A program made the position numbers and the translations under genes. Shown piece by piece: positions 1-7,550 of a DNA stretch of 32,000 bases. Under the pieces are notes generated by a model. That model did no database searches. It was not told the DNA's origin and saw only the letters and a list, made by a program, of their open reading frames with translations. How positions within the stretch are numbered: the stretch's first letter is position 1; each line of letters opens with the position of its first letter. The stretch is from Acaryochloris thomasi RCC1774 (GTDB lineage: Bacteria > Cyanobacteriota > Cyanobacteriia > Thermosynechococcales > Thermosynechococcaceae). The stretch spans positions 60,001-92,000 of the forward strand of contig NZ_PQWO01000002.1 of assembly GCF_003231495.1 (NCBI RefSeq), written 5' to 3'.

Positions 1-755
1 AAGCGGCGCTGGGTCTGATGCTTTCCACCGTGCCCAAAGATAAGCCCGTCGGTGTATTCGGTTCCTTCGGCTGGAGTGGAGAAGCCATTGACTTGCTCCA
101 GGACAAGCTGCGGGATGCAGGCTACAGCTTTGGCTTTGAGCCGATCAAGGTTAAATTCAAGCCCACCGCCGCCACCCTCAAAACCTGTGAAGAGGCCGGA
201 ACAGACTTTGCTCAGGGACTGAAAAAGGCGAAGAAGGCCAAAGCCCGTCGTCAGGGCACCACAAAGCTAGGGGGCAGTCAGATTACGCCGACAGAGCAGG
301 CAATGGGACGAATTGTCGGTTCTCTGTGCATCTTGACGGCTCAGCAAGGCGAAGTCAGCAGCGGTATGTTGGCTTCTTGGGTGTCTCAGGCCACGTTTAC
401 GCCACCGGGTCTAACGGTGGCAGTGGCAAAGGATCGGGCCGTAGAGTCTCTGCTGTATACGAAAAATTCTTTTGTTCTCAATGTTTTACCAGAAGACAAC
501 TATCAGGGGTTGATGAAGCATTTCTTGAAGCCCTTTGGCCCTGGCGAAGATCGGTTTGCAGATGTTGAAACAGAGGAGGCTGACAATGGCGGTCCGATTC
601 TCAAAGATGCGCTGTCCTATCTAGAATGTGAAGTCGAGAACCGCATGGAATGTGGTGACCATTGGGTCATTTATGCCGTTGTGAAGAACGGACAGGTGCT
701 ACAGCAGAATGTGAAGACAGCGCTGCACCACCGCAAGTCAGGGCGAACCTATTAG
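1..755 (+). CDS. Flavodiiron protein (cyanobacterial Flv type), C-terminal part; 5' end lies outside the window
   Basis: The frame is open from nt 3 (AALGL precedes the first Met at 18), so the window edge truncates the gene. 'VGVFGSFGWSGEAIDLL' is the end of a flavodoxin-like domain. The last ~150 aa ('GMLASWVSQATFTPPGLTVAVAKDR...DHWVIYAVV') resemble the NAD(P)H:flavin-reductase-like domain appended to cyanobacterial FDPs. I cannot tell which Flv paralogue this is. Confidence 0.75.
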   Translation, partial: AALGLMLSTVPKDKPVGVFGSFGWSGEAIDLLQDKLRDAGYSFGFEPIKVKFKPTAATLKTCEEAGTDFAQGLKKAKKAKARRQGTTKLGGSQITPTEQAMGRIVGSLCILTAQQGEVSSGMLASWVSQATFTPPGLTVAVAKDRAVESLLYTKNSFVLNVLPEDNYQGLMKHFLKPFGPGEDRFADVETEEADNGGPILKDALSYLECEVENRMECGDHWVIYAVVKNGQVLQQNVKTALHHRKSGRTY

Positions 756-957
756 ATGTCGTTTTGAGCTAAACGTAATTGAGTAGAACGCGGATGTTGG
801 CTGATCTAAATCGATATCGATCTATGCAATAGACCTCTCGCATATGCCCGCGGGCACCTCTGCATCCGCCCCCCGGTCCCCATGCCACTTGCTCCAAGTC
901 AGGAAACCCGCCCAACGCAGTGGCTCCACTTCTGGGGGGAGAGTCCTTTTGGTCTTG

Positions 958-1443
958 CTACATAGTAGAGGAGTAGTAATCACAGCTAAGGATGCTGGCA
1001 ATTTCGAAAGTGAGCTTTTTCATTTCAGGGAACCAGGCGAAGGTGCCGAGCTGTTCCCATTGTTTGAAGTAGCGATCGCTAATCTCCACCATCGTCTCTA
1101 GATAGCCTGCCAGCGCCCTGCCGTGAAAAGCGGGTCTGAGTAGTTTGCGGTTGCGGCGGTGTTGCTCTCCTTCCTGTAGAAACAGTGATTCCCCGAGCAA
1201 GGTTTTGAAGGTGATGGGCCAGCCGTCTTGCCACGAGAAATGATCCATGTGGGAGGAGAGGATAAAGCGATTGGCTTCGGGACCGGCCATGACGACGGTG
1301 CGGCGACCAGCGATGTGCGATCGAAAAATGTTACCGTACTTGGCTTGCCGCTTGAGGGCGAAGTTGGGGTCGAACAGGAAGCTGAGGGTTTAGCCTATGA
1401 GGGGGAGGCCAAAGTTGCCTGGGGGGAGGGATTGTGAAGACAT
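958..1443 (-). pseudogene. Cytochrome P450 (CYP120-like) remnant: N-terminal ~160 codons only, with an in-frame TAA at codon 18
   Basis: My minus-strand translation from ATG 1443..1441 reads MSSQSLPPGNFGLPLIG, then TAA (1392..1390), then TLSFLFDPNFALKRQAKYGNIFRSHIAGRRTVVMAGPEANRFILSS...HRRNRKLLRPAFHGRAL...WFPEMKKLTFEIASIL, ending at TAG 960..958. 'LPPGxxGLPxxGETLxF' is the typical N-terminus of CYP120/CYP26-like P450s. No ExxR or FxxGxRxCxG heme loop follows in any minus-strand frame of 756-957. Confidence 0.7.
1072..1079. repeat. HIP1 (GCGATCGC) highly iterated palindrome; one of 17 copies in the window
   Basis: Exact GCGATCGC starts at 1072, 5662, 5846, 8042, 9442, 11679, 14717, 16930, 19463, 22196, 22900, 24854, 27110, 27291, 28118, 29540 and 30137. 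A random palindromic 8-mer would be expected ~0.5 times in 32 kb. Such over-representation is a known cyanobacterial signature. Confidence 0.95.
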
Positions 1444-1621
1444 TGAGGGTATAGGAAAGGTATTGGAATTACTTGCTTTACTATGACTAATATCAAACGG
1501 GAATGACGGAGGATTACCTGCGCTTCGTAGTAGATGTATTGTCTACGATATTCATCACCGAAAGGCTGGGTAATTTCCAGTCAATTTAATTCTTTTCTGA
1601 CCCTTCTTGTGTTGTACATCA

Positions 1622-4609
1622 ATGTCATCGTCACAGCAATCTATTGCAGAACAACGAATCCAGAAGGCTCTTGAAACCAATGCAACTGCACTGGACTTAT
1701 CAAGATTTGGTTTAACTTGTTTGCCAGCATCAATTGGGCAGTTGGTCAATCTGGCGACGCTTCGCCTCGACAGCAATCAATTGACGACCGTCCCCCCCGA
1801 ATTGGGACAACTGTTCAATCTGACTGAGCTTGACCTCGGCAAAAATCGACTGACGACGGTCCCCTCTGAATTGGGACAACTGGCCAATCTGACACAGCTT
1901 GACCTCTACAACAATCAGCTAACGACCGTCCCCCCTGAATTGGGACAACTGGCCAATCTGACAAGGCTTGACCTTCGCGTAAATCGACTGATCACGCTTC
2001 CCCCTAAATTGGGGCAACTGGCCAATCTGACGACGCTCGACCTCTACAGAAATTGGCTAACGACCGTCCCCCCTGAATTGGGACAACTGGCCAATCTGAC
2101 ACAGCTTGACCTCTACAACAATCAGCTAACGACCGTCCCCCCTGAATTGGGACAACTGGCCAATCTGACACAGCTTAACCTCGCCAACAATCAGCTAACG
2201 ACCGTCCCCCCTGAATTGGGACAACTGGCCAATCTGACACAGCTTAACCTCGCCAACAATCAGCTAACGACCGTCCCCTCTGAATTGGGACAACTGGCCA
2301 ATTTGACACAGCTTGACCTCGCCAACAGTGGCCATCTGGTGTCTCCACCACCTGAAGTGCTGAGGCAGGGAACTCGGGCAATCTTAACTTACTTACGGGA
2401 GCAACAAGAGGCTGGCGAACGCCAGTGGCTATCCAAGTTGCTAGTGGTTGGGGAAGGTGGCGTCGGTAAAACCTCTTTGCTCCGTGCTCTACGGGGCGAA
2501 TCGTTTCAAGAACAGCAGTCATCTACTCACGGGATTGACATACAAGCTCTTAACCTCGAGCATCCGAATGAAACGGATGTCACCATGACCCTCAACACCT
2601 GGGATTTTGGTGGCCAAGAGATCTACCATGCCACCCACCAATTTTTCCTCACCAATCGCTCTTTATTCCTACTCACCTTCAATGCCCGTCTCGGCTACGA
2701 GCAAGGGAAGCTAATCTACTGGCTTAAAACCATCCGCGCCAACGCGCCAGAGTCCCCCATCATTCTTGTGGCCACCTGGACGGATGAACGCGACGCCGAC
2801 TTGCCCCTTTCAGATCTAAAGCAGCAATTTCCCCAAATCCGTGCCCTTCTCGAAGTCAGCAATAAAACTGGCAATGGAGTGCAGGCACTCAAACAGTCCA
2901 TTACCCAAACCGCAGCCGATTTACCCCTGATGGGCGAACTATGGCCCAAATCCTGGCTTCAACTGGCTCAATCTGTTCGCCAAGAAGAGGGCCAATACAC
3001 AACCCCCAAGCAGCTATGGGAGCAGATGAAGCAGTGCAATGTCTCTAAAGATAGCCAATCTTTACTGGCCACCTATCTGCATGAGCTAGGCGACATTCTC
3101 TTTTTCCAAGATAATCCTGAGCTTAACGACTTGGTCATTTTGAAACCCCAATGGGTAACGCAAAAAATCAGCAAAGTGTTATCAGCCGAGGCGGTGATTG
3201 AGGCCAACGGCATTTTTACCCGTCAGTGTATGGAAGAACTCTGGCACGACCTTCACCCCAGCTTGCGCGACCACTTTCTCGAATTAATGGAGCAGTTTGA
3301 TCTCTCCTACAAAATTCCTGAAGACCCCGACGACAAAAGCCTGGTGGTTGAACGCCTCGAATATGAGCCACCCGAATTCCAAACTCTCTGGCAGCAAAAG
3401 CAGCAAGAGCCGAACTGCAAAGAGATTTCCATAAAATTTCAGCTCAGCGAAATCTTAGCAGGCATTCCCACTTGGTTTATCGCCCGTCAACACCGGTTCA
3501 CTCAAAATCTACACTGGCGCACTGGCGTCCTATTTGGCGATCACCGTGAAAATCCTCGTCATCTTGGACTCCTGCGCGTTGAGCGCGATACCCTCACCAA
3601 TGCTGACTATGTGCGCCTCACAGTCCGTGGCCCTATGCCTCACAGCTTTTTCGATGTCTTGCGAGAAGGCTTTGAACTCACCCTCAGCCGCTATCCAGGC
3701 TTAAAAATTACCCGCCTCATTCCTTGCCCAGACCCGATCCACGAAGAATGTAAACACGAGTTCAACTACGCCAACCTGATTAAGCGTCTAGAACGCACAC
3801 CCCCTATCGAAACAATCTCTTGTGAGCAATGTCTGGAGAATATTTCAGTCACCCGCCTACTCTTTGGTCTTCACTACACCACCCAAGATGCCGTGATCGC
3901 TGAGATCGAAAAACTTCGCGTCTCTAACCAAGGAAGCTTTGATAACCTTCAAAACGCAATAGAAGAAGGGTTTACTGAACTGCGAGAGCTGGTACAACGC
4001 GAGCTACTCCGGGAAATTCGTGCCGTGCAAAAGCAGCTTGAGTCCCCCTGTCCCAGCGTATTTGTTCTCCGCCCCGACGATCGCTCCTTCTGGCAAAAAG
4101 ATATCGGCTCCCAACGCATCAACCTCCAGCTCTACTGCGAACATCCCGGATGTTTCCATCCGGTACAGAACGGCGGCCTCTACGCCATTGATAATCCCAA
4201 GAAATGGCTAAAAGCGATGGCCCCCCACCTCAACCGCCTCTTTGGCATTTTGAAATACGTCACCCCCGTCGTCGGCCCCTGGCTCAACATCTCAGCCCCC
4301 GTCTACAGCGAACTGATCAAAAATGACCTAGCCCTCAGCAAAGCCTTAATCGATAAGCTACCGGAAATCACCTTCGACGATGACAACCGCAGTTTTATCG
4401 ACCCTGACGACCCTAGAGCCAATGTACTGGGTGACAGCTTAAAAACTCGCAAGATCAGCGGCGCAGCCCTACGCACCCTAAACGAATTCCTCAAGCGAAA
4501 AGATCCCGATCAAGTTTGGGGCGGCCTAACGCGCACCAAAACCCCCGAAGGCGATGTACTGTGGCTTTGCCAAGAGCACATCAAAGAAATTTATCCCTCC
4601 TCCAGATGA
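1622..4609 (+). CDS. ROCO-family protein: LRR - Roc GTPase - COR - uncharacterised C-terminal module
   Basis: About 10 LRRs of 23 aa ('LGQLANLTQLDLYNNQLTTVPPE'). Roc G-domain: P-loop GEGGVGKT (nt 2450-2473), 'WDFGGQ' DxxG (nt 2600-2617), 'VATWTDERD' in the G4 position. A long alpha/beta COR-like region follows ('LHELGDILFFQD...LVILKPQWV'), then ~200 aa with no motif I recognise. The ORF track starts at TTG 1607; ATG 1622 (MSSSQQS) is the more likely start. Confidence 0.85.
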   Translation: MSSSQQSIAEQRIQKALETNATALDLSRFGLTCLPASIGQLVNLATLRLDSNQLTTVPPELGQLFNLTELDLGKNRLTTVPSELGQLANLTQLDLYNNQLTTVPPELGQLANLTRLDLRVNRLITLPPKLGQLANLTTLDLYRNWLTTVPPELGQLANLTQLDLYNNQLTTVPPELGQLANLTQLNLANNQLTTVPPELGQLANLTQLNLANNQLTTVPSELGQLANLTQLDLANSGHLVSPPPEVLRQGTRAILTYLREQQEAGERQWLSKLLVVGEGGVGKTSLLRALRGESFQEQQSSTHGIDIQALNLEHPNETDVTMTLNTWDFGGQEIYHATHQFFLTNRSLFLLTFNARLGYEQGKLIYWLKTIRANAPESPIILVATWTDERDADLPLSDLKQQFPQIRALLEVSNKTGNGVQALKQSITQTAADLPLMGELWPKSWLQLAQSVRQEEGQYTTPKQLWEQMKQCNVSKDSQSLLATYLHELGDILFFQDNPELNDLVILKPQWVTQKISKVLSAEAVIEANGIFTRQCMEELWHDLHPSLRDHFLELMEQFDLSYKIPEDPDDKSLVVERLEYEPPEFQTLWQQKQQEPNCKEISIKFQLSEILAGIPTWFIARQHRFTQNLHWRTGVLFGDHRENPRHLGLLRVERDTLTNADYVRLTVRGPMPHSFFDVLREGFELTLSRYPGLKITRLIPCPDPIHEECKHEFNYANLIKRLERTPPIETISCEQCLENISVTRLLFGLHYTTQDAVIAEIEKLRVSNQGSFDNLQNAIEEGFTELRELVQRELLREIRAVQKQLESPCPSVFVLRPDDRSFWQKDIGSQRINLQLYCEHPGCFHPVQNGGLYAIDNPKKWLKAMAPHLNRLFGILKYVTPVVGPWLNISAPVYSELIKNDLALSKALIDKLPEITFDDDNRSFIDPDDPRANVLGDSLKTRKISGAALRTLNEFLKRKDPDQVWGGLTRTKTPEGDVLWLCQEHIKEIYPSSR
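1730..2350 (+). repeat. Tandem array of 69-bp units (about 9 copies) encoding the LRRs of the ROCO gene
   Basis: Unit starts lie exactly 69 nt apart at 1799, 1868, 1937, 2006, 2075, 2144, 2213 and 2282, with a more diverged unit upstream. Units 1868-1936 and 2075-2143 are identical (69/69). Units 2144-2212 and 2213-2281 differ at one base. The array is in frame and coding, with no spacers. Confidence 0.95.
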
Positions 4610-4694
4610 AAGAGCGGTACGGCTTTCGCGCTGAGCAATAGTCAGCCTTCTGATCTCTGCAACTGCAGCTCAAAACATGAATGCTATGATCTTC

Positions 4695-4712
4695 TATAAC
4701 TGCTTATAACTG
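4695..4712 (+). promoter_or_regulatory. Direct repeat TATAACTG-ct-TATAACTG just upstream of vapB; candidate -10 element or autoregulatory operator
   Basis: TATAACTG occurs at 4695-4702 and 4705-4712 (10-bp period), ending 8 nt before the vapB ATG at 4720. RHH antitoxins typically bind repeated sites overlapping their own promoter. The function is inferred. Confidence 0.35.
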
Positions 4713-4719
4713 TTCGCCC

Positions 4720-4953
4720 ATGAACTTTAACGTTTACGTCGAAGATCAGCTCGTAGAACGCCTAGAACTTCTTGCAAAACAACAAGGGAAAAAACGCAAC
4801 ACCATTATTCGAGAAGCGTTAGAAGCGTGGACCACGTTGAATCTACCTGCGGCTTGGCCTGATAACGTTTTGACCTATTCAGGTAGCACCGACGGGATTG
4901 TTTATGAGTCCTATCGCAATGAGCTATTGCCGCCCACCGATCCAGAGCTTTGA
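4720..4953 (+). CDS. vapB: Ribbon-helix-helix (CopG/Arc-like) antitoxin, VapB-type
   Basis: 77 aa. N-terminal beta-strand plus two helices ('FNVYVEDQLVERLELLAKQQGKKRNTIIREALEAW'). Its stop lies 3 nt before the PIN gene ATG, with GAGGA overlapping the stop as a ribosome-binding site. Confidence 0.75.
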   Translation: MNFNVYVEDQLVERLELLAKQQGKKRNTIIREALEAWTTLNLPAAWPDNVLTYSGSTDGIVYESYRNELLPPTDPEL

Positions 4954-4956
4954 GGA

Positions 4957-5355
4957 ATGGCCTATTTACTGGATACCTGCGTGATCAGTGACTTTTCCCG
5001 AGGTGATCCCAACACGCTACAGAAGTTGAAAACCACGCCACCAATCGAGATCTTCATCTCAGCCGTAACTTGCATGGAAGTGTACTACGGTTTTAAGCTC
5101 AACCCCAATCGAGCAGCCAAGATTCAATCAGTGATTAATAGCCTATTGGCCTCTGTGACTGTTCTACCCTTTGACATTAAATCAGCAAAACAGGCCGCAC
5201 ACATTCGGTGTGTACTCAAAACTGCCGGAACGCCAATTGGAGCTTACGATGTTCTGATTGCTGCAACTGCTCTCGTTCATGGATTAACCGCGGTCACATC
5301 TAACGTTCGAGAATTTCAGCGGGTTTCAGGTTTAGAAATAGAAAACTGGCGATAG
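4957..5355 (+). CDS. vapC: PIN-domain ribonuclease toxin, VapC-type
   Basis: 132 aa. 'YLLDTCVISDF' carries the first acidic PIN residue, 'CMEVYYG' the conserved Glu, and 'YDVLIAATALVHGLTAVTSNVREF' the C-terminal acidic/Asn motif. Translationally coupled to the upstream RHH gene. Confidence 0.85.
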   Translation: MAYLLDTCVISDFSRGDPNTLQKLKTTPPIEIFISAVTCMEVYYGFKLNPNRAAKIQSVINSLLASVTVLPFDIKSAKQAAHIRCVLKTAGTPIGAYDVLIAATALVHGLTAVTSNVREFQRVSGLEIENWR

Positions 5356-5562
5356 GCTTCAACGTTACCTATCGCCAACGAAACATTAAAGAGCTGATGT
5401 TAGGTGGTTACAGAACAGAAGGAGCCTTCAGAGATGAGACGTCGCTGCTGATGATATCATCGCCAGAACTGAGCGATGAATCAGTAGGTCATGATGACAA
5501 CGATCAAGAACATTACGAATAGCACAACAGCAGCTCGAAGCCGATCAATTGGCATCACTGTG

Positions 5563-6747
5563 TTATCGACGTCGTAGCTGCTTACTGATCATCTTGCGAG
5601 AAAACTGAATATTAATTGAGGCTTCAGTAGACCAGTCCTGAACCATGCGGTAAAACATTCTGCGATCGCAAGCCTGCAGCACTGCCACCTGATCAGCGGT
5701 TTCAATCACGTAGGGATACCCGCCACCAATAATGATTTCTCCCCGTATATAGTCTAGTATCCGGTCAAATTTTCCTTCGTCAAAAATCCAGCGGGGAAAC
5801 TCCAAACGCACGGGGGGATTGTCGTTGGCTTTCATGTATAAAAATGCGATCGCATCTTCTTGTTCCTCGTATAAACTCAAAATTCCCTGCCCCCGCGCAT
5901 CGCCCGATCTGGCACAGGAGAACACAGGGGTGCGATCACCCCACTTCATCGCTGGTCCTAAAAGCTGAGCATCGTTGAGGAGCGTTGTTTCTGGCAAAAC
6001 CTCCAGGCACTGCAGCATTTGCAACACATCACAGGCCTGAGACGTATCGATATAGCCCACTACCGGCACCCGATATTGCTCACTGGCCCGCAGCAAATTC
6101 ACAATCTGTTCGGCATAGAACGCACGACACTCCAGATCAAACGCCTCAGCAAAGGTGACCACCAAAGAGCCATCAAAGAAGACCAGACAGTCATCGCATC
6201 GGGGATGAGCCTCCATAAACTCAATGATCCGCTCTACCTCCATCTGGAAGCGCCGCATCCCCACCTGACGATCGAGGGGACGACCGTTTCGTTTAACCTG
6301 AAGCTCAGAAGGGGGCATCACCAGTAGGCGAATGTCTTTCTGGTAGTCGCCTGCCGCAGAGTGGGGATTCTCAAACCAGCCCACCTGCACCAGCGCAATG
6401 GGTGGAGAAACGTCCTTGCTGGGGAAAATTTGAGAGCCATCCACCGCAAAGGTTGTGACGTCTGCGAGGTGATTGCGGACCCACTCTAGGCTCTGTTCGC
6501 GGTTGTCCCACTGCAGGCGTGAGGGAATCAGCCAGTTTGACCAATGCCCCAATGCTTCTAGGGGACGCGCACCCGGATGTTCGTAATCAGAAAGCCGTTC
6601 GGTCAGTTCAGCCTCGGCTTGGTTTGAAACCTTCTTAAGCGCTCGGCGATAGTCTTGGTAGACATCGGTGGAGTGATTAGAAAAGTCCGTAAATTCAGTT
6701 TCAAGTTGCCCTAGAACCTGCCTCAATTCAGATGGCTTCATCGGCAT
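5563..6747 (-). CDS. NurA-domain nuclease-like protein
   Basis: 394 aa. 'FAVDGSQIFPS...PIALVQVGW', 'LVFFDGSLVV', 'VVGYIDTSQACDV' and 'GGYPYVIETADQVAVL' match the characteristic NurA (5'-3' nuclease, RNase H-like fold) motif series as I remember it. No HerA/FtsK-like ATPase ORF is adjacent on either side. Confidence 0.6.
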   Translation of the reverse strand: MPMKPSELRQVLGQLETEFTDFSNHSTDVYQDYRRALKKVSNQAEAELTERLSDYEHPGARPLEALGHWSNWLIPSRLQWDNREQSLEWVRNHLADVTTFAVDGSQIFPSKDVSPPIALVQVGWFENPHSAAGDYQKDIRLLVMPPSELQVKRNGRPLDRQVGMRRFQMEVERIIEFMEAHPRCDDCLVFFDGSLVVTFAEAFDLECRAFYAEQIVNLLRASEQYRVPVVGYIDTSQACDVLQMLQCLEVLPETTLLNDAQLLGPAMKWGDRTPVFSCARSGDARGQGILSLYEEQEDAIAFLYMKANDNPPVRLEFPRWIFDEGKFDRILDYIRGEIIIGGGYPYVIETADQVAVLQACDRRMFYRMVQDWSTEASINIQFSRKMISKQLRRR

Positions 6748-7328
6748 GATAGAAATCCCCGCGAAGGTCCAAATCTGGCGAAAGCATCACGCTGCGCCCA
6801 TTGCACCTGATTTCCCCATAAAATAGCGCGTCTTGGGCATTTCTGTACACCAGATGTCAGAAAGAATACAGACAAGCCCACGGATTCAAGGCAAGCTACT
6901 CACCAGACATTCTTCACATCCTCAAGCGCAAAGTGTTGCCCCACCGCGTTTTTCCTAGTGTGGCTGTTTGTTGCGCACGCGTGAAGATGCGGTCCAGCGA
7001 TCCTAACTGATTGAGAATCATGCCTACCCCAATCATTTCAAAATCACCACAGAGAGCAAAATCAAGTAGCCCTCCCCGTCAAAGTGAGCAGCAACGTGCC
7101 CAGCAGCATGAGCGACCCATTCGTCCCTACTGGCTGAATATGGCGATTGGCTCAACGCTTCAATATGCACTTGAACGTGAAGCTGAATGGGCTAGAGGCT
7201 AGGCGGAGTGGGGACTGCACTATGCTCTCAGGGTCCTCATGAAAAGCTCTCTCAATTCTCAGCAAAGCTGAGATTGTTCCTAGATGCCTTTCATCTGGGA
7301 CGCTTAGAGAGGAAATATTATAGATAAA

Positions 7329-7356
7329 GTGAGGTCAGAGCGGGGGCCGGCCTCAC
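7329..7356 (-). terminator. GC-rich hairpin followed by a U-rich tract; candidate intrinsic terminator for the 7398-7550 minus-strand unit
   Basis: The minus-strand RNA reads GUGAGG-CC-GGCCCCCGCUCU-GA-CCUCAC followed by UUUAUCUAUAAUAUUU. The stem is 6 bp plus 3 further pairs after one mismatch. Confidence 0.35.
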
Positions 7357-7397
7357 TAACAAGAATGGCTCTCTAACAGTATCGTTTGGAGCGATGC

Positions 7398-7550
7398 TTA
7401 ACGGCTGCTGACGGTTGGACGACCACTTTGAACCAATTGCAGAGCGTTCATCTGAGCTTGAGCAAACAGCCCCAGGCTTGCACCCGTTAGTAGATAGAGG
7501 GCAACGGCTAGGCTGGTTTTTGAACGTAAGCGTGAGGTAAGAGAGTTCAT
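7398..7550 (-). CDS. Possible small secreted or membrane peptide (50 aa), below the ORF-track cutoff
   Basis: My translation: MNSLTSRLRSKTSLAVALYLLTGASLGLFAQAQMNALQLVQSGRPTVSSR. It has a basic N-terminus, a hydrophobic core and an AQA motif (signal-peptide-like). A hairpin (7329-7356) and a T-rich tract follow ~40 nt downstream on the same strand. No Shine-Dalgarno sequence and no homology evidence. Confidence 0.25.
   Translation of the reverse strand: MNSLTSRLRSKTSLAVALYLLTGASLGLFAQAQMNALQLVQSGRPTVSSR

Noticed and set aside
811-822. 12-bp perfect palindromes ATCGATATCGAT (811-822) and GATGATATCATC (5450-5461).
   Set aside because: Roughly 8 perfect 12-bp palindromes are expected by chance in 32 kb (32000/4^6). 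They have no loop for a hairpin and no conserved context. They are not evidence of a site.
844-1101. 85-aa plus-strand ORF, and a Gly-rich 'WGPGGGCRG' string in the minus-strand frame continuing past the P450 stop.
   Set aside because: The plus ORF is antisense to the P450 remnant and Arg/Ser/Pro-rich. The Gly/Cys string does not fit the P450 heme loop FxxGxRxCxG in order or spacing. I did not count it as a surviving C-terminal fragment.
1607-1621. Upstream TTG/GTG starts used by the ORF track for several genes: 1607, 16743, 25633, 28028, 31177, 16254.
   Set aside because: In each case an in-frame ATG a few codons downstream gives an N-terminus matching the family (for example MPFPRASGLLLHP for MalQ, MSDTPTMPRFADL for the helicase), or is preceded by a GGAG-like site (stpA). 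The extensions look non-native. Start sites remain predictions.
1730-2350. Regularly spaced near-identical 69-bp repeats that could superficially suggest a CRISPR array.
   Set aside because: The units are directly abutting with no unique spacers. They are in frame within a 3-kb ORF and encode canonical 23-aa leucine-rich repeats. No cas genes are nearby.
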